Shown here: piece by piece, positions 27,413-38,800 of the stretch
Layout: each line of letters starts with the position of its first letter
Numbering within the stretch: position 1 is the stretch's first letter
Source of the DNA: a virus
Direction: 5' to 3' (one strand)
IMG/VR virus record: IMGVR_UViG_3300040770_000334
Coordinates: 1 to 46,016 of that record
Length of the DNA: 46,016 nt
The notes under the pieces: model-generated
Seen by the model: the letters and a program-made list of their open reading frames with translations, nothing else
Told to the model about the DNA's origin: nothing
The model's database searches: none
Translations under genes and position numbers: made by a program

Positions 27413-28732
27413 ATGAAAATAAAACTGACTGAGGCACAATTTAAAAGAATAGAACAATACATTTCAGAATCTAGGGTTCCACCTAAATCAATAAATTTAA
27501 TTGATTTCTTTAATAAAAATAAAGAAACCAGCTATTTTATGGTGGATAATAAACAAAAAGATGGTCAAGATAACTCATACCGTTTTGGTGTTAAATTCGC
27601 TGGTTTAGGTGATTTTCATATTACTGATTTAAATAAGGGTACCAAAACAAGAGGTTGTTCACAAAACGTTAGACTTAACGATTTTCTGTACGATGATGAA
27701 GTTATATTTAATTGTGGTGGTAAAAGACTTATGATTAATAAGGTTACTGGGATTAGACTTTTTGATTCCAATAACCAACAACTTGACCAGATTACTTTTA
27801 ACAACACAACAAATGTTGATGCTGATTCGTTAGTACAAATATATAATGATGACCTTATGGATTCAAATAATGGTAGTCAATTGTTTTTTGATTCAACAAA
27901 AAAATATGACGGTATTGTATATAATAAAGCCGCTGATGGTTTTGAAGTAGAATTTTCAGAACACGGTACAAATAAAGAATCAAGTCTTTTATTAATAGAT
28001 TTTAATAAAGTACATTTTTATGAACAAAATGGTAACGTAATGTTTAGTGCGATAAAAAAAAATGTTAAAACAGGTGCTGAGATTGAATTCACAATACCAA
28101 TCAAACGTTTCACGATAACTGGTGGTGGCGGTAGGGCTAAAGCTGCGACTGATGATGACGAACAACCAAAAGATATTAAGCTTGATGATAAAGAGTTGAA
28201 AAGGCAAGCCAAATTAGCCTATGATGAAATATTAGCCGATAAAACATTACAACAAGCATTTTATAAAGCACCATCATTATGGAATCTGTTTGTTGCCGAA
28301 TTAACAGGTAAAAAAGCACCAGGAACTGGTATCTTACCAACACTACAAATAGTTAGAGCAAATAGAGGTAAAAATTTAAACAATGATTTAGATGCAACGT
28401 TTATACCAAGAAAATGGGTAGAGATTAAAGCTTATAAAAACAATATTGAGCTTAACTCATTTCAAATAAGGACAGGAGATTGGGACCGAAGAGCCTACCC
28501 AAAAGAACTAGAACTTAATGCAGAAAACCAGATTTTAATAAATAAAAGGGAGAACTTTGAGATTGTTATTCAAAGTAAAACTGAAAAACCTAATGTATAT
28601 CGTTGTGATTTATATCACCCAATGAGGACTACAGGACAATCTGGTAACTCCGATAAATTAGAAGGTATTTACCTTGAATTTAATCCAGCCTCAGAAGGGT
28701 ATAACCCAATAGATAACGAAGAAATTGATTAA
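27413..28732 (+). CDS. Hypothetical late protein, candidate head-packaged protein
   Basis: MKIKLTEAQFKRI..ISE leader; ATATTTAT at 27389. Confidence 0.55.
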   Translation: MKIKLTEAQFKRIEQYISESRVPPKSINLIDFFNKNKETSYFMVDNKQKDGQDNSYRFGVKFAGLGDFHITDLNKGTKTRGCSQNVRLNDFLYDDEVIFNCGGKRLMINKVTGIRLFDSNNQQLDQITFNNTTNVDADSLVQIYNDDLMDSNNGSQLFFDSTKKYDGIVYNKAADGFEVEFSEHGTNKESSLLLIDFNKVHFYEQNGNVMFSAIKKNVKTGAEIEFTIPIKRFTITGGGGRAKAATDDDEQPKDIKLDDKELKRQAKLAYDEILADKTLQQAFYKAPSLWNLFVAELTGKKAPGTGILPTLQIVRANRGKNLNNDLDATFIPRKWVEIKAYKNNIELNSFQIRTGDWDRRAYPKELELNAENQILINKRENFEIVIQSKTEKPNVYRCDLYHPMRTTGQSGNSDKLEGIYLEFNPASEGYNPIDNEEID

Positions 28733-28734
28733 TT

Positions 28735-31107
28735 ATGACAACAGCACAAATTAAAGCGGAAGCCGCTGCGTTATTAGCGCAAGCGGAAGCACAACAAAGG
28801 GTAAATGGTAGTCTTGGTGAATATCTTAAGGCGTTAGAACGAATTGAAAAATTAAGGAAAACAATTCTAGAAAGTACTGAGGCTGAAAATAAATTACAAG
28901 CTGAAGTTAATACAGCCGTAGGACAGGCTAAAATTACTGCTCAGAAGAAACTTGATGTTCTAAAAGAAGTAAACGATGAATTAAAAAAAACCCTTAAAAC
29001 AGAGGAAGATATATTAGCAACAGCTAAAAAAACTAACCTTGTTTTAGCAGCTGCTGGTGCTAGTGCAGTTAAAGGTTTCGGTAAACTTCCAGGATTATTA
29101 AAAAATTCATTTGGTAAAATAAAAGGTTGGGGCCTATTTGAAATGGAGAAATCTATGAAAATGTCTACCTTACAAATGGGTATTCTAGGTTCACAATCAA
29201 AATTTTACGAAAGCAATATAAAGGACATATCTCAAAGCACTGCTGAGTTAGGTATTACCTTGACAGAATTAACCAAGATGCAAGCTGATTATAGTTTGGA
29301 GATGGGTAGAACAGTTATGTTAAGTAAACAAAGTCTAAGTGCTATGGCTCAAATGGCAACAGCAACTGGTTTAGGTGCTGAAGGTGCTTCAGAAATGGCT
29401 GCTTTTATGGATGCGCAAGGTCTATCTGTTGAGAAGACCCGTGATTTAATGGAAGAAACCATGAACTCATCAAGTAAAATGGGTATCAATGGTACTAAGA
29501 CTATTAAAAACATGTCTACTGGAATGAAGATGATGAATAGGTATAACTTTAAGGGTGGTACTGAAGGTCTAGCTAAAATGGCGAAGCAAGTTGCCAAGAT
29601 GAATGTTAGTATGGAAATGGCCGCTGGTATGGCAGATAAGTTATTTGATATTGAAGGAGCTGTAGATATGGCCGCACAGCTACAAGTTATGGGTGGTGCA
29701 TGGGCAAATATGGCCGACCCATTTAAATTGGCTTATATGGCTCGTAATGATATGGGTGCTTTAACCGAACAACTGGGTAAGGCCGCTGAATCTATGGTTA
29801 CTTTTAATAAGAAAACTGGCGAAATGGAGATTTCAAGTATGGAAATGCATAGACTTCGTATTATATCTGACCAAACTGGTGCATCAATTGACGAATTAGC
29901 TGAAGCTGGTAAGCGTGCTAAGAAAGCAACGATGATTAAAAGTCAAGTCAGTTTAGATGTTGATGATGAAACAAAAGAGTTCTTGGCTAGTACCGCTGAA
30001 TTTAAAAATGGTAAGGCGACAGTTATGATAGGTTCATCACCAAAACTTGTTAGTCAGTTAAATGATGGTGATAAGAAAATATTAGCTGGTCAAATGCTTG
30101 AGAAGAAATCATTGGAAGCAAGGGCTATATCATCACAGACTTTTGATGACAAATTAACTAATTTAATCAGTATGGTTAAAACTAGTATGTTACCAATAGT
30201 TGAAGGAATGAATGAAATTTTAGGTCCTTTAGTTAAGGAGATATTCGCAAATGATAAATTTCAAGATAACTTAAAAGGTTTAGGTAGAGACATTGGTGAG
30301 TTTGTAAAAGCTGGTGCAAAAATAGTTAAATATGTCGCTGAAGTGGGTGTTGCGTTAGGACCAAAAGGAGTTTTAGCTGTAATGTTAATACCTTCACTTA
30401 TTAGTCTTGGTATTTCAGTCGCTTCATTTACCACATCACTTATTCCTTTATTAGGTGCTGCTGGTCCACTCGTGCTTGGGTTGTTGGCTGTTGCTGCCGC
30501 ATCTAAAGTTGGGTCATATGTTGGTGGAAAGATTTCTAAATCTATGGGTAATAAAGACACCAAAGAAGGTGATACATCAGCAATGTGGACTGGTGCAGCT
30601 ATTGCTGCTAGTGTTGCAGCGATAGCATTGACTGGTGGTTTAGCTACTCCAGCCGTAATAGCTTTAGCTGCTGCTGGTGGGTTAGCTGGTGGTACTGTTG
30701 GTAAAGTTGTTGGTGATAGTATGAATCAAGATAGTTCAGCTGTTGGTGGGGCAACTGTAGGTAGAGGTATGAACGATGGTATAGCCCATGGTGATTTCAG
30801 TCAAGGTAGAGGAATAATACAAGGTGGTCACATAACACCAATTGATAACAAAGATGATTTAGTTGCTTATAAACCAAATGGACCAATCGATAAGTCGATG
30901 AAAAGTAACGGTAATACTAAACCTAGTACAATGAAGATTGAATTTGGTGAAATTAGATTTAAATTTGACGAACTGAAGGTTTCAAATACAAATGGTCAGT
31001 CAGTTTCAGTTGAATTACTAAAAGACCAAGCGTTTATAAGGTCTATAACGAATATGGTACATGCTCAAACTGAGAAAGCAATAAATGGTGGGGTTGTTAG
31101 AGGTTAA
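28735..31107 (+). CDS. Tape measure protein
   Basis: Helical A/M/K-rich sequence, several hydrophobic G/A-rich segments in the C-terminal half, position between tube/chaperone and baseplate genes. Confidence 0.8.
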   Translation: MTTAQIKAEAAALLAQAEAQQRVNGSLGEYLKALERIEKLRKTILESTEAENKLQAEVNTAVGQAKITAQKKLDVLKEVNDELKKTLKTEEDILATAKKTNLVLAAAGASAVKGFGKLPGLLKNSFGKIKGWGLFEMEKSMKMSTLQMGILGSQSKFYESNIKDISQSTAELGITLTELTKMQADYSLEMGRTVMLSKQSLSAMAQMATATGLGAEGASEMAAFMDAQGLSVEKTRDLMEETMNSSSKMGINGTKTIKNMSTGMKMMNRYNFKGGTEGLAKMAKQVAKMNVSMEMAAGMADKLFDIEGAVDMAAQLQVMGGAWANMADPFKLAYMARNDMGALTEQLGKAAESMVTFNKKTGEMEISSMEMHRLRIISDQTGASIDELAEAGKRAKKATMIKSQVSLDVDDETKEFLASTAEFKNGKATVMIGSSPKLVSQLNDGDKKILAGQMLEKKSLEARAISSQTFDDKLTNLISMVKTSMLPIVEGMNEILGPLVKEIFANDKFQDNLKGLGRDIGEFVKAGAKIVKYVAEVGVALGPKGVLAVMLIPSLISLGISVASFTTSLIPLLGAAGPLVLGLLAVAAASKVGSYVGGKISKSMGNKDTKEGDTSAMWTGAAIAASVAAIALTGGLATPAVIALAAAGGLAGGTVGKVVGDSMNQDSSAVGGATVGRGMNDGIAHGDFSQGRGIIQGGHITPIDNKDDLVAYKPNGPIDKSMKSNGNTKPSTMKIEFGEIRFKFDELKVSNTNGQSVSVELLKDQAFIRSITNMVHAQTEKAINGGVVRG

Positions 31108-31258
31108 ACCTGGAATGCCAGGAAACCATAACATTTAAATATTTTAACCAGGAAATTGTTTTTATATTTAAATTAATTAAATAGTTGATATATTAATGTT
31201 TAAGTATCATTGATTATCAGCTATTTAGATATTATATTAAAATAATAGTTATAAATCA

Positions 31259-31289
31259 TTGACATTGTAGTTTTAAAACGGTATATTTG
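31259..31289 (+). promoter_or_regulatory. Consensus-like host-type promoter with no ORF before the next terminator
   Basis: TTG-N20-TATATTTG, also readable as TTGACA-N17-TATATT. Confidence 0.65.
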
Positions 31290-31358
31290 TATATAATTAT
31301 ATAATAAAGTAATAAATAAATTAATAAATAATAAACATATAATATCAATATATAAACT

Positions 31359-31382
31359 AAAGGTACCTACGGTACTTTTTTT
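31359..31382 (+). terminator. Putative intrinsic terminator
   Basis: aaaggtacc-tac-ggtactttt followed by a T run. Confidence 0.6.
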
Positions 31383-31464
31383 GTTATATATAAAAAAAAA
31401 AGTAAATATTAATGGTTTAATGTATTAAAACAACCTATACTTGTTTATATATATAATTTAAACT

Positions 31465-34400
31465 ATGTCAATAATAAATAAAAATACTATCAATTCTGTA
31501 TCACCTAATATAAGGGATTTTTTATTAAATAAAAATTTAAAACCAATTTACCCAAATTTATTAGGAAGATTACCATCACCAAGAATAGGTGAACAGGTAC
31601 TTAGTACATCAAATGGGGATAATTCAGTTTCAATTCCTAACGGTTTACCACTTGAAGAAGAAGGTATACTTAATATGGAATTGCATGTAATGCAGAATAA
31701 ATTCCAAAACAAATCTTCAGAGACCAATACTTTAGTTTCTATTGAAAATGAAACAGCACCTCAAGGACCTTGGGGTAAAACTGATTATTCTATTGGAACA
31801 ACTTCTTACCCTAGAACAGCTAATGATGATACTACTTCTCTTGGTTTAATGGGTAAAACTAATAAAATTGGTTTTAGAGATGATTCAACTGATAAAAATA
31901 TATACTCAGATAAAAGTAAGAGAGTTGATGCAAGTGATTTTCTTGCATACCAACCAGTTACCGCTTCAAAAACAGTTAAAGGTTATTTAGATGAATATGG
32001 TCATTTAAATCTTGGTGGTAATCAAAATACTATTGGTGCTATTAATACAATTGGTAGTCTTATAAATGGTCAAGGAATTGGTTTTAGTAAGAGTGGTATT
32101 GTAAATAATTTTGATATAAGAAGTTCACTAGCTGGTAGAGTTTTAGGTGCGACTGGCGTACTTAATGATACTAAATTAGGAATGATAGGTGGTCAACAAC
32201 TAGCACTTTCTTTAGCGAACAATGCAGCGTTTAATGTACAACAAAGGTTGTTAGGTTCTTTAAACGTTAAAGACAACCTACTTAGTTTAGTTAAAACTGG
32301 TGGGTTAGCTGGTTTTAGACCTAATTACCAAATTACAGTGCCATCTAAGACGTTAAATAAAGTTTTAGATACTGGTGCAAGGATTTTGGGTTTTACGCTT
32401 CCTAAGAGCCTTTTAAGTGATTCTGGGTCTATTTTTCAGAGTGAGAGTGGTGGTGATATCGATAATGTAACAAGAACCAACAATATGATTCTTAATACAG
32501 GTAGTGGTCAAGTTATTTCTTTATTGAAGAATGCTACCGCAAATCTAAACGGGACTAGTACTAGTGGGTACGACTCACCTTCTGGGACCGCATTTAGAAG
32601 TGGTTATTCGCCATCATACACTAATAACGATGGTGAGGCTCAGATTAACGGCAACAACATCTATGCTTACTCAAAAGACGGTATTTTAGATAATTTACTT
32701 TCATCGATTGATGGTATAATTCCAAATATAAATAATAATAGGGAAGCTTCGTTAGCGAAAGCTGGTTTTAGGAGTCCAGAGATGGATTATTTGGGCCCAG
32801 TTGGAAATCCTGGATATGGTGAGAGTAATATTAATAATCCAGGTTTTACCTGGACTTCTGGTAATGCTGAAAGTGTAAACAACATTGAAAATCATTCTCA
32901 ATTAGTTGGTGATAAGAAATCTTTATTAGTTAAAACTCAAAAACTATTTAATAGTGCTGGTATGTTAAATATCGTAACTAAAAAGGGTGATATGAATAAA
33001 ACAGCAACACAAATACAAACAGCTGTCGTAGGTGGTGGTATCTCAAAAGGTAACGCTGTTATGAAAAGTGATGTGTTTCTTGATAATGGTGTTTGGGATG
33101 GTAGGCTTGATAGGTCAGCTGAAAACACTTATTGTAGAAGCTGGACGACATTAGATAGGTATGATAAAGTTAATAAAATGGTTAGAAGCCGTGGTATTGA
33201 TGAGTCGGTACCATATAGATTTAGAACTGAAAACTCAGTACTAGAGGATAATGGTATGCCAAAAATTGCACCGTATCGTAATGATGGTGTAGATGTTAAA
33301 AAATATATGTTCTCAATTGAGAACCTAGCTTGGTCTGATAATGTTACAGATTTACTACCTAGTGAGCAAGGTGCTGGTGATTTAATATCTGGTAAAAAGG
33401 GTAGAGTTATGTGGTTTCCACCATATGAGATACAATTTAATGAGATGAATTCTGTTAACTGGGAGAGTAATAACTTCATCGGTAGAGGTGAATCGGTTTA
33501 CACTTATAATAATACTGAAAGAAGTGGTACTTTATCGTTTAAGGTTATCGTTGACCACGCTAGTTATGTAAATGGTTTTAGCGGTGCGAAAGGTAGTGTT
33601 GTTGATGACCATTACGTTGCATCGTTCTTTGCTGGTTGTGTTGACCCAAGTAAAACTTTTTCAGATAAATTAACAACGACTGATATAAACAGTATTGAAA
33701 ACGAACTATTATATCAAGCAGAAGTTAAAGCGGTCACTAAGGAATCGGTACCACCATCATTCAACGTATATTTTCCAAACGATAATGCTCAAATTCCATA
33801 TAATTATGAAAATGGTTTAAGTGGTATAACATCTACACAACATATTAATTATGAAGTTTACGATGCTGGATATGGTATTGGTCCTTACCCAAGTAAGTTT
33901 ACTAAAGGAGTTACTAGAAACTGGAATGATAACCACAATTATGGTCTTAATGCTGGTGTTACAAAACATGGCGGTGATTTAATCAAACTTGATGGTGATG
34001 ATATCGAATATAAGGGTTGGTTAGATTACAGACTATTGACTGGTATTAGTAAATTTATTGATGCTAAATGCCCTAATTGTGTAGTTACAGTCACTGGTTA
34101 TGCTAGTGTACAAGGAGTTACCGCATCTAATAACAAATTGGGTAAAGCTAGGGCTGAATATATTGTCGCTGAGATGAAAAAAACCCTTTTCCCTAATTTA
34201 ACTGAGGCTGAAAAAAATAAAAGATTCAAAGCGATAGGTTCTGGTGAATCTAATATTGCTGGTTGTGTTGTTGCCACTAAGGAAAACCCAGAACCACCAA
34301 CTGATACTATATTTTGTAAAATAGCTAGAAAAGTTACTGTAACTTTTAAATCTGACACTTCGTTGGCTGGTGAGGCTTTGGCCCCAAAACCTACGGCTAA

Positions 34401-35550
34401 ATCTATAACGCAACGAAAGAAAACCGTAACAAATAGAATTATTAACAAACTATATAATGAACAAGATTATTTTGAAAAACTAAACAGAGAGGACAGTTTT
34501 GTTTTTGATAAATTTAGGGATAAAATTAAATATTTTCACCCAGGATTCCATTCAACAACACCAGAGGGTTTAAATTCAAGACTGACCTTTTTATTACAAT
34601 GTACAAGACAAGGCCCAACTATAGGTCAAGGTGCAAATAATTTAGCTTTTGGTAGACCACCAGTTTGTATTTTAAGAATTGGTGATTTTTACAACACAAA
34701 AATAATAATGGATTCTGTTAATATTGATTACGAGCCACTAGTTTGGGATTTGAACCCAGAAGGTATTGGTGTACAACCTATGATTGCGAATGTAAGTATT
34801 TCGTTTAAATTTATAGGTGGTTCATCACTAATGGGGCCAATTAATAAATTACAAAATGCGTTGTCATTTAATTATTTCGCTAACACGCAAGTATATGACC
34901 CAAGAGCTGATTACATCGCTAAGAATAAGCCAATGGTATCTACTGGGGTTAAAACTAAATCAACGCCACCAACAGAAACGACAACAAATTATTCGATTAA
35001 TAATGATTTAGCACCTAATGGTAACATGAATAAATTTAAGGGTAATTCAAATGAAACTTTTACAACTACACAAGATTTTAAATTTGATGCCGATGTTGCT
35101 GATAAATTAGTAAATGATGAGAGTAAAAGCTTTGATGTGAATGGAAATCCAATAACTAATAAAGAAATAAAAATATCTGGAATTAGTTGTGATGAAAAGA
35201 AAACTGTTAAACTAAAATCGAACTGGCAGTTAAATGTTAAATTTAATGTTACTAATGGCACTAATGACCCAAAAGTTGATGCGTTATCGTTATCACAAAA
35301 TGGTGACGTATACTCGCTAAGAATAACGGATGTTAATTCAAACGAAACATATCAAGAGATAATGAATGTTATTGGCCTTGAATCTGCTTTAACCCCAAAT
35401 AGCGATAGTGGTAACTTTTTAGTTCCTCTTAAAAACTCAAAAAATGATACTGGGGAAGGTATTGTTGATAGTTTTGGTAAAGAGAAGTTTATGTTAGAGG
35501 TTCTAGTTAATAATAAATCAATAAAGAAAATAAATATAAAAATAAAATAA
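31465..35550 (+). CDS. Large baseplate/tube-initiator protein (gp48/gp54-like core) with inserted OmpA-like domain
   Basis: Tube-fold motifs NWESNNFIGRGESVYTYNNTERSGTLSF and PPVCILRIGDFY..QPMIANVSISF flank VYFPND..TVTGYAS..NNKLGKARA..RKVTV. Confidence 0.7.
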   Translation: MSIINKNTINSVSPNIRDFLLNKNLKPIYPNLLGRLPSPRIGEQVLSTSNGDNSVSIPNGLPLEEEGILNMELHVMQNKFQNKSSETNTLVSIENETAPQGPWGKTDYSIGTTSYPRTANDDTTSLGLMGKTNKIGFRDDSTDKNIYSDKSKRVDASDFLAYQPVTASKTVKGYLDEYGHLNLGGNQNTIGAINTIGSLINGQGIGFSKSGIVNNFDIRSSLAGRVLGATGVLNDTKLGMIGGQQLALSLANNAAFNVQQRLLGSLNVKDNLLSLVKTGGLAGFRPNYQITVPSKTLNKVLDTGARILGFTLPKSLLSDSGSIFQSESGGDIDNVTRTNNMILNTGSGQVISLLKNATANLNGTSTSGYDSPSGTAFRSGYSPSYTNNDGEAQINGNNIYAYSKDGILDNLLSSIDGIIPNINNNREASLAKAGFRSPEMDYLGPVGNPGYGESNINNPGFTWTSGNAESVNNIENHSQLVGDKKSLLVKTQKLFNSAGMLNIVTKKGDMNKTATQIQTAVVGGGISKGNAVMKSDVFLDNGVWDGRLDRSAENTYCRSWTTLDRYDKVNKMVRSRGIDESVPYRFRTENSVLEDNGMPKIAPYRNDGVDVKKYMFSIENLAWSDNVTDLLPSEQGAGDLISGKKGRVMWFPPYEIQFNEMNSVNWESNNFIGRGESVYTYNNTERSGTLSFKVIVDHASYVNGFSGAKGSVVDDHYVASFFAGCVDPSKTFSDKLTTTDINSIENELLYQAEVKAVTKESVPPSFNVYFPNDNAQIPYNYENGLSGITSTQHINYEVYDAGYGIGPYPSKFTKGVTRNWNDNHNYGLNAGVTKHGGDLIKLDGDDIEYKGWLDYRLLTGISKFIDAKCPNCVVTVTGYASVQGVTASNNKLGKARAEYIVAEMKKTLFPNLTEAEKNKRFKAIGSGESNIAGCVVATKENPEPPTDTIFCKIARKVTVTFKSDTSLAGEALAPKPTAKSITQRKKTVTNRIINKLYNEQDYFEKLNREDSFVFDKFRDKIKYFHPGFHSTTPEGLNSRLTFLLQCTRQGPTIGQGANNLAFGRPPVCILRIGDFYNTKIIMDSVNIDYEPLVWDLNPEGIGVQPMIANVSISFKFIGGSSLMGPINKLQNALSFNYFANTQVYDPRADYIAKNKPMVSTGVKTKSTPPTETTTNYSINNDLAPNGNMNKFKGNSNETFTTTQDFKFDADVADKLVNDESKSFDVNGNPITNKEIKISGISCDEKKTVKLKSNWQLNVKFNVTNGTNDPKVDALSLSQNGDVYSLRITDVNSNETYQEIMNVIGLESALTPNSDSGNFLVPLKNSKNDTGEGIVDSFGKEKFMLEVLVNNKSIKKINIKIK

Positions 35551-35551
35551 G

Positions 35552-35872
35552 ATGAGTATATATCACGACAGATACAGTAAATTTAGAGGTAATAGCGAAA
35601 TGAAAGCAATTCCTGGTATTATTATACCAGATTCGTCAACCGATAAATTGGTTGTTTACAAACAAGGAACCTCTAGACTTGACAAGTTAAGTAATTTATA
35701 CTATCTTAACCCATACAGTGGTTGGTTAATTTTATTAGCTAACCCAGAATTTGGTGGGTTAGAGTTTAACATACCAGATACGACACAAATTAGAATACCT
35801 TACCCTTTCGATAATGCGTTAGAGAGGTATTCATCACAAATTTTAATTCATAAAGCATTGTATGGTGAATAA
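35552..35872 (+). CDS. LysM-like baseplate wedge protein (gp53/gpX-like)
   Basis: RLDKLSNLYY..WLILLANP..IP..QIRIP. Confidence 0.8.
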   Translation: MSIYHDRYSKFRGNSEMKAIPGIIIPDSSTDKLVVYKQGTSRLDKLSNLYYLNPYSGWLILLANPEFGGLEFNIPDTTQIRIPYPFDNALERYSSQILIHKALYGE

Positions 35873-38800
35873 TAAAATCGGTTGTAGTGCTGGTAAAACC
35901 AGTCTTATCGACCCAAATAATTTTAGTGGAACCCAATTTGATAACAACACATCAGTTCCATTAGAAGATTTAAATATTTCAGTTCAACTTAGTACTTATA
36001 AAAAAGGACGTACTGTTTTATCAGCTGGTAGTGGCGGTAATAACGGTCAAAGTTCTAAAACTGTTAAGGTTAATTTTATCGAGGGTAGTGTTGTTAACGG
36101 TGTTAACGTTTTAACCACAAAATATACTGATTTAACTACTTCATTCGAGAGTGGTAATGATGGTGGTGAAAATATCGGTATAACAAACATAGATATCGAT
36201 TTTAATTCACAACAAGTACCTATGGTCAACATTAGTTTTGTTGATGTTAGGGGAAGTGCTATTTTCCAGAATGAGGATAATATTTTGAACGGTAGTAATA
36301 AGTTTAGTACATTTTTCCAACTACCTTATCCTATGTATGAATTAACGGTTAAAGGGTATTATGGTCAAGCAGTTAAATATTGTTTACATATGATTAAATT
36401 TAACACTAAATTTAATTCACAAACAGGTAATTTTGAGATAACAGCCAATTTTATTGGGTATACGTATGCGATGCTATCAGATATGATATTAGGGTTTTTA
36501 AAAGCGATACCATATACTACAATAGGTAAAGATAGGTACAACCTAATTAATACTGAACGCCAAAATGCTGGGAAACCACCTATAATAGATTTAAATGAAT
36601 TAGCTATAAAAATTGAAACAATAACTTCAGAGATTGCTAAAATAAGTAAAGATGAAAAAACTGCGGCAACTATTGGCGCAAGTAACCGAAAAAATGATAT
36701 ACTCGTTTCAATTAAAAACGAGATACTTATTCTTGGTCAAGCGATAGGTGTTCGACAAGATACCGACTCAACGGATACTAGTGAGTTACCATCTGAGTAT
36801 AAATACATTTTCACGATAATTAATGATAATAGCCTTTCTATCAATAGGCTTACGACTAACGTTGGTAAACTTATTGACGAATTTAATGATGGTAGTAAAA
36901 CAACTATAACTAAAGATGTTTTTGATAAAATAGGTGATAAATTATCAATAGGTGTGACTAATGAAGAATTAAACGATGCGATACCTTTAACTACTGAAAA
37001 ACTACAAGTTTTAGCTGGTAAGTTAAATGTGACACCAACACTGGTGACCGCTAAAAGAACTGATATTTTTAAGTATAGTAAAAGGTTAGGTATAATTTCA
37101 ACTATTAATATTTATGATTTATCTACATTATATTCTGAATTAGATAGGGTTAAATTAAATTTAACATCGGAAACAGATGATGCTAAAAAAGAGTTCGCTA
37201 TTGTTATAAAAAATAGTATTAGGGATAAAATTGGTTTTGAGCCGACAATTAGAAACATAGTTGAAATTTTTACAACAGCTGTTGAGGTATTTATGAGTAC
37301 GTTATATACCGTATCGATTGCAGCCGAGGGTAATCCTTTGAGAACGGAACAGCTTAAACAAAAATTTAAACCAGCTAACTCTAATGATTTTAAACTTAAA
37401 AGTGATGGTGATTTAGTTTATTTTCCATGGCCAGATTATCGTGAAGAAGATGAAGCAAATAAACAAGGTTTTGTTGAGAAATATTTAGGTTCTTATAATG
37501 TTTTAAATAACCCAAGCAACGTTAATGAATTGGAGTTTATAGATAATTTATTATCAGCATTTTTAATTGCCGATACCAAAAGTCAAAATGCTCTTAACGC
37601 TTTAACCCTTGTTGAAAAATTATGGTTACCGATTAACCCTGTAGATACTAAATTATTTGTAGATAACTTCCCATATAAAAGGTTAAAAGATGGTGGTATT
37701 GATATAAATGCTATTGCTAAAACTATGGTAATAAGAGGTATGACTTTTTTAGGATATAGTAATGCACCAAACTCTTTAAGTGATGATGATATAATAGCAA
37801 TGGCTGGTGAGGAAGCAACTAGTGCTTTAAGGGATATTGCTAATACAACAGTAAAAGGCGGTTTAAATGGTATTACTTTAAAAGATTTTGTGAACGCTAA
37901 AGGTGATATTGATGGTAAGTCTAAATTGGTTCTATCGTTAAAAGATAGTGAATATTACTATGAGTATATATCTGGTAGTAAAGATATTAAATTACTACCT
38001 ATAACTGGTAATGCTGAGAATGGTTTAAATAATTTAAATGAAAGTGATGTTTTTTTAACTAACTACAATAACAATACGGGAAAAAAAGGTGATATAAAAA
38101 AAACAGATGGTGGGGTGTATATTAAAATTTTTAGTGATACAGAGTTTAATAGCACCAATACTGAATTTATTAGTAGCGTAACAACAACCACTCAACCTAT
38201 TATATTATCTGAGATAAAAAAAGAACCTTTTGATTCTGCGGCTGCTGGGTTTTCATTATTTGGTGGTAAATATGGTATTCAAGAGTTTAAAGACCTTACT
38301 TGGAGTGACAGTGTTGGTACGACACCATTATCGTTAGTTTTCTATAAAGACTCAACTACCCATCCTATATCAAGTAATAGGGTTACAAGTAAAGTTGATG
38401 GAACTAAATATGATTTAAGAACTTTAGATAAAAAGTTTTATTATGATAAAACGATATTATTTCCCTCTAAAAAAAGTATACGTGAGTATTATTATTTAAA
38501 TTCTGGTCGCAACATATCTTTACTTAAACAAAACAAGTTAGAAAGTAATATAGCTATAACATACCCTTTCATTAATTATGGGTATATTAATCAAGATTTC
38601 CTAAACGGAAAAGAAGAAATATTTAGTTTATTTGGTAGTACTTGGTATTATTCACAGAGTAACTCTAAATACCCAGAACATAGTAAAGCTATGTTATATT
38701 TACATACGCTACCTTTTAGAGCCAATAGTTTTGAAGTTAACGAAATTGCTAATCTATTTAATAAAAGGTCTGGATTTATCCATGCACCTAAATTATGGTG

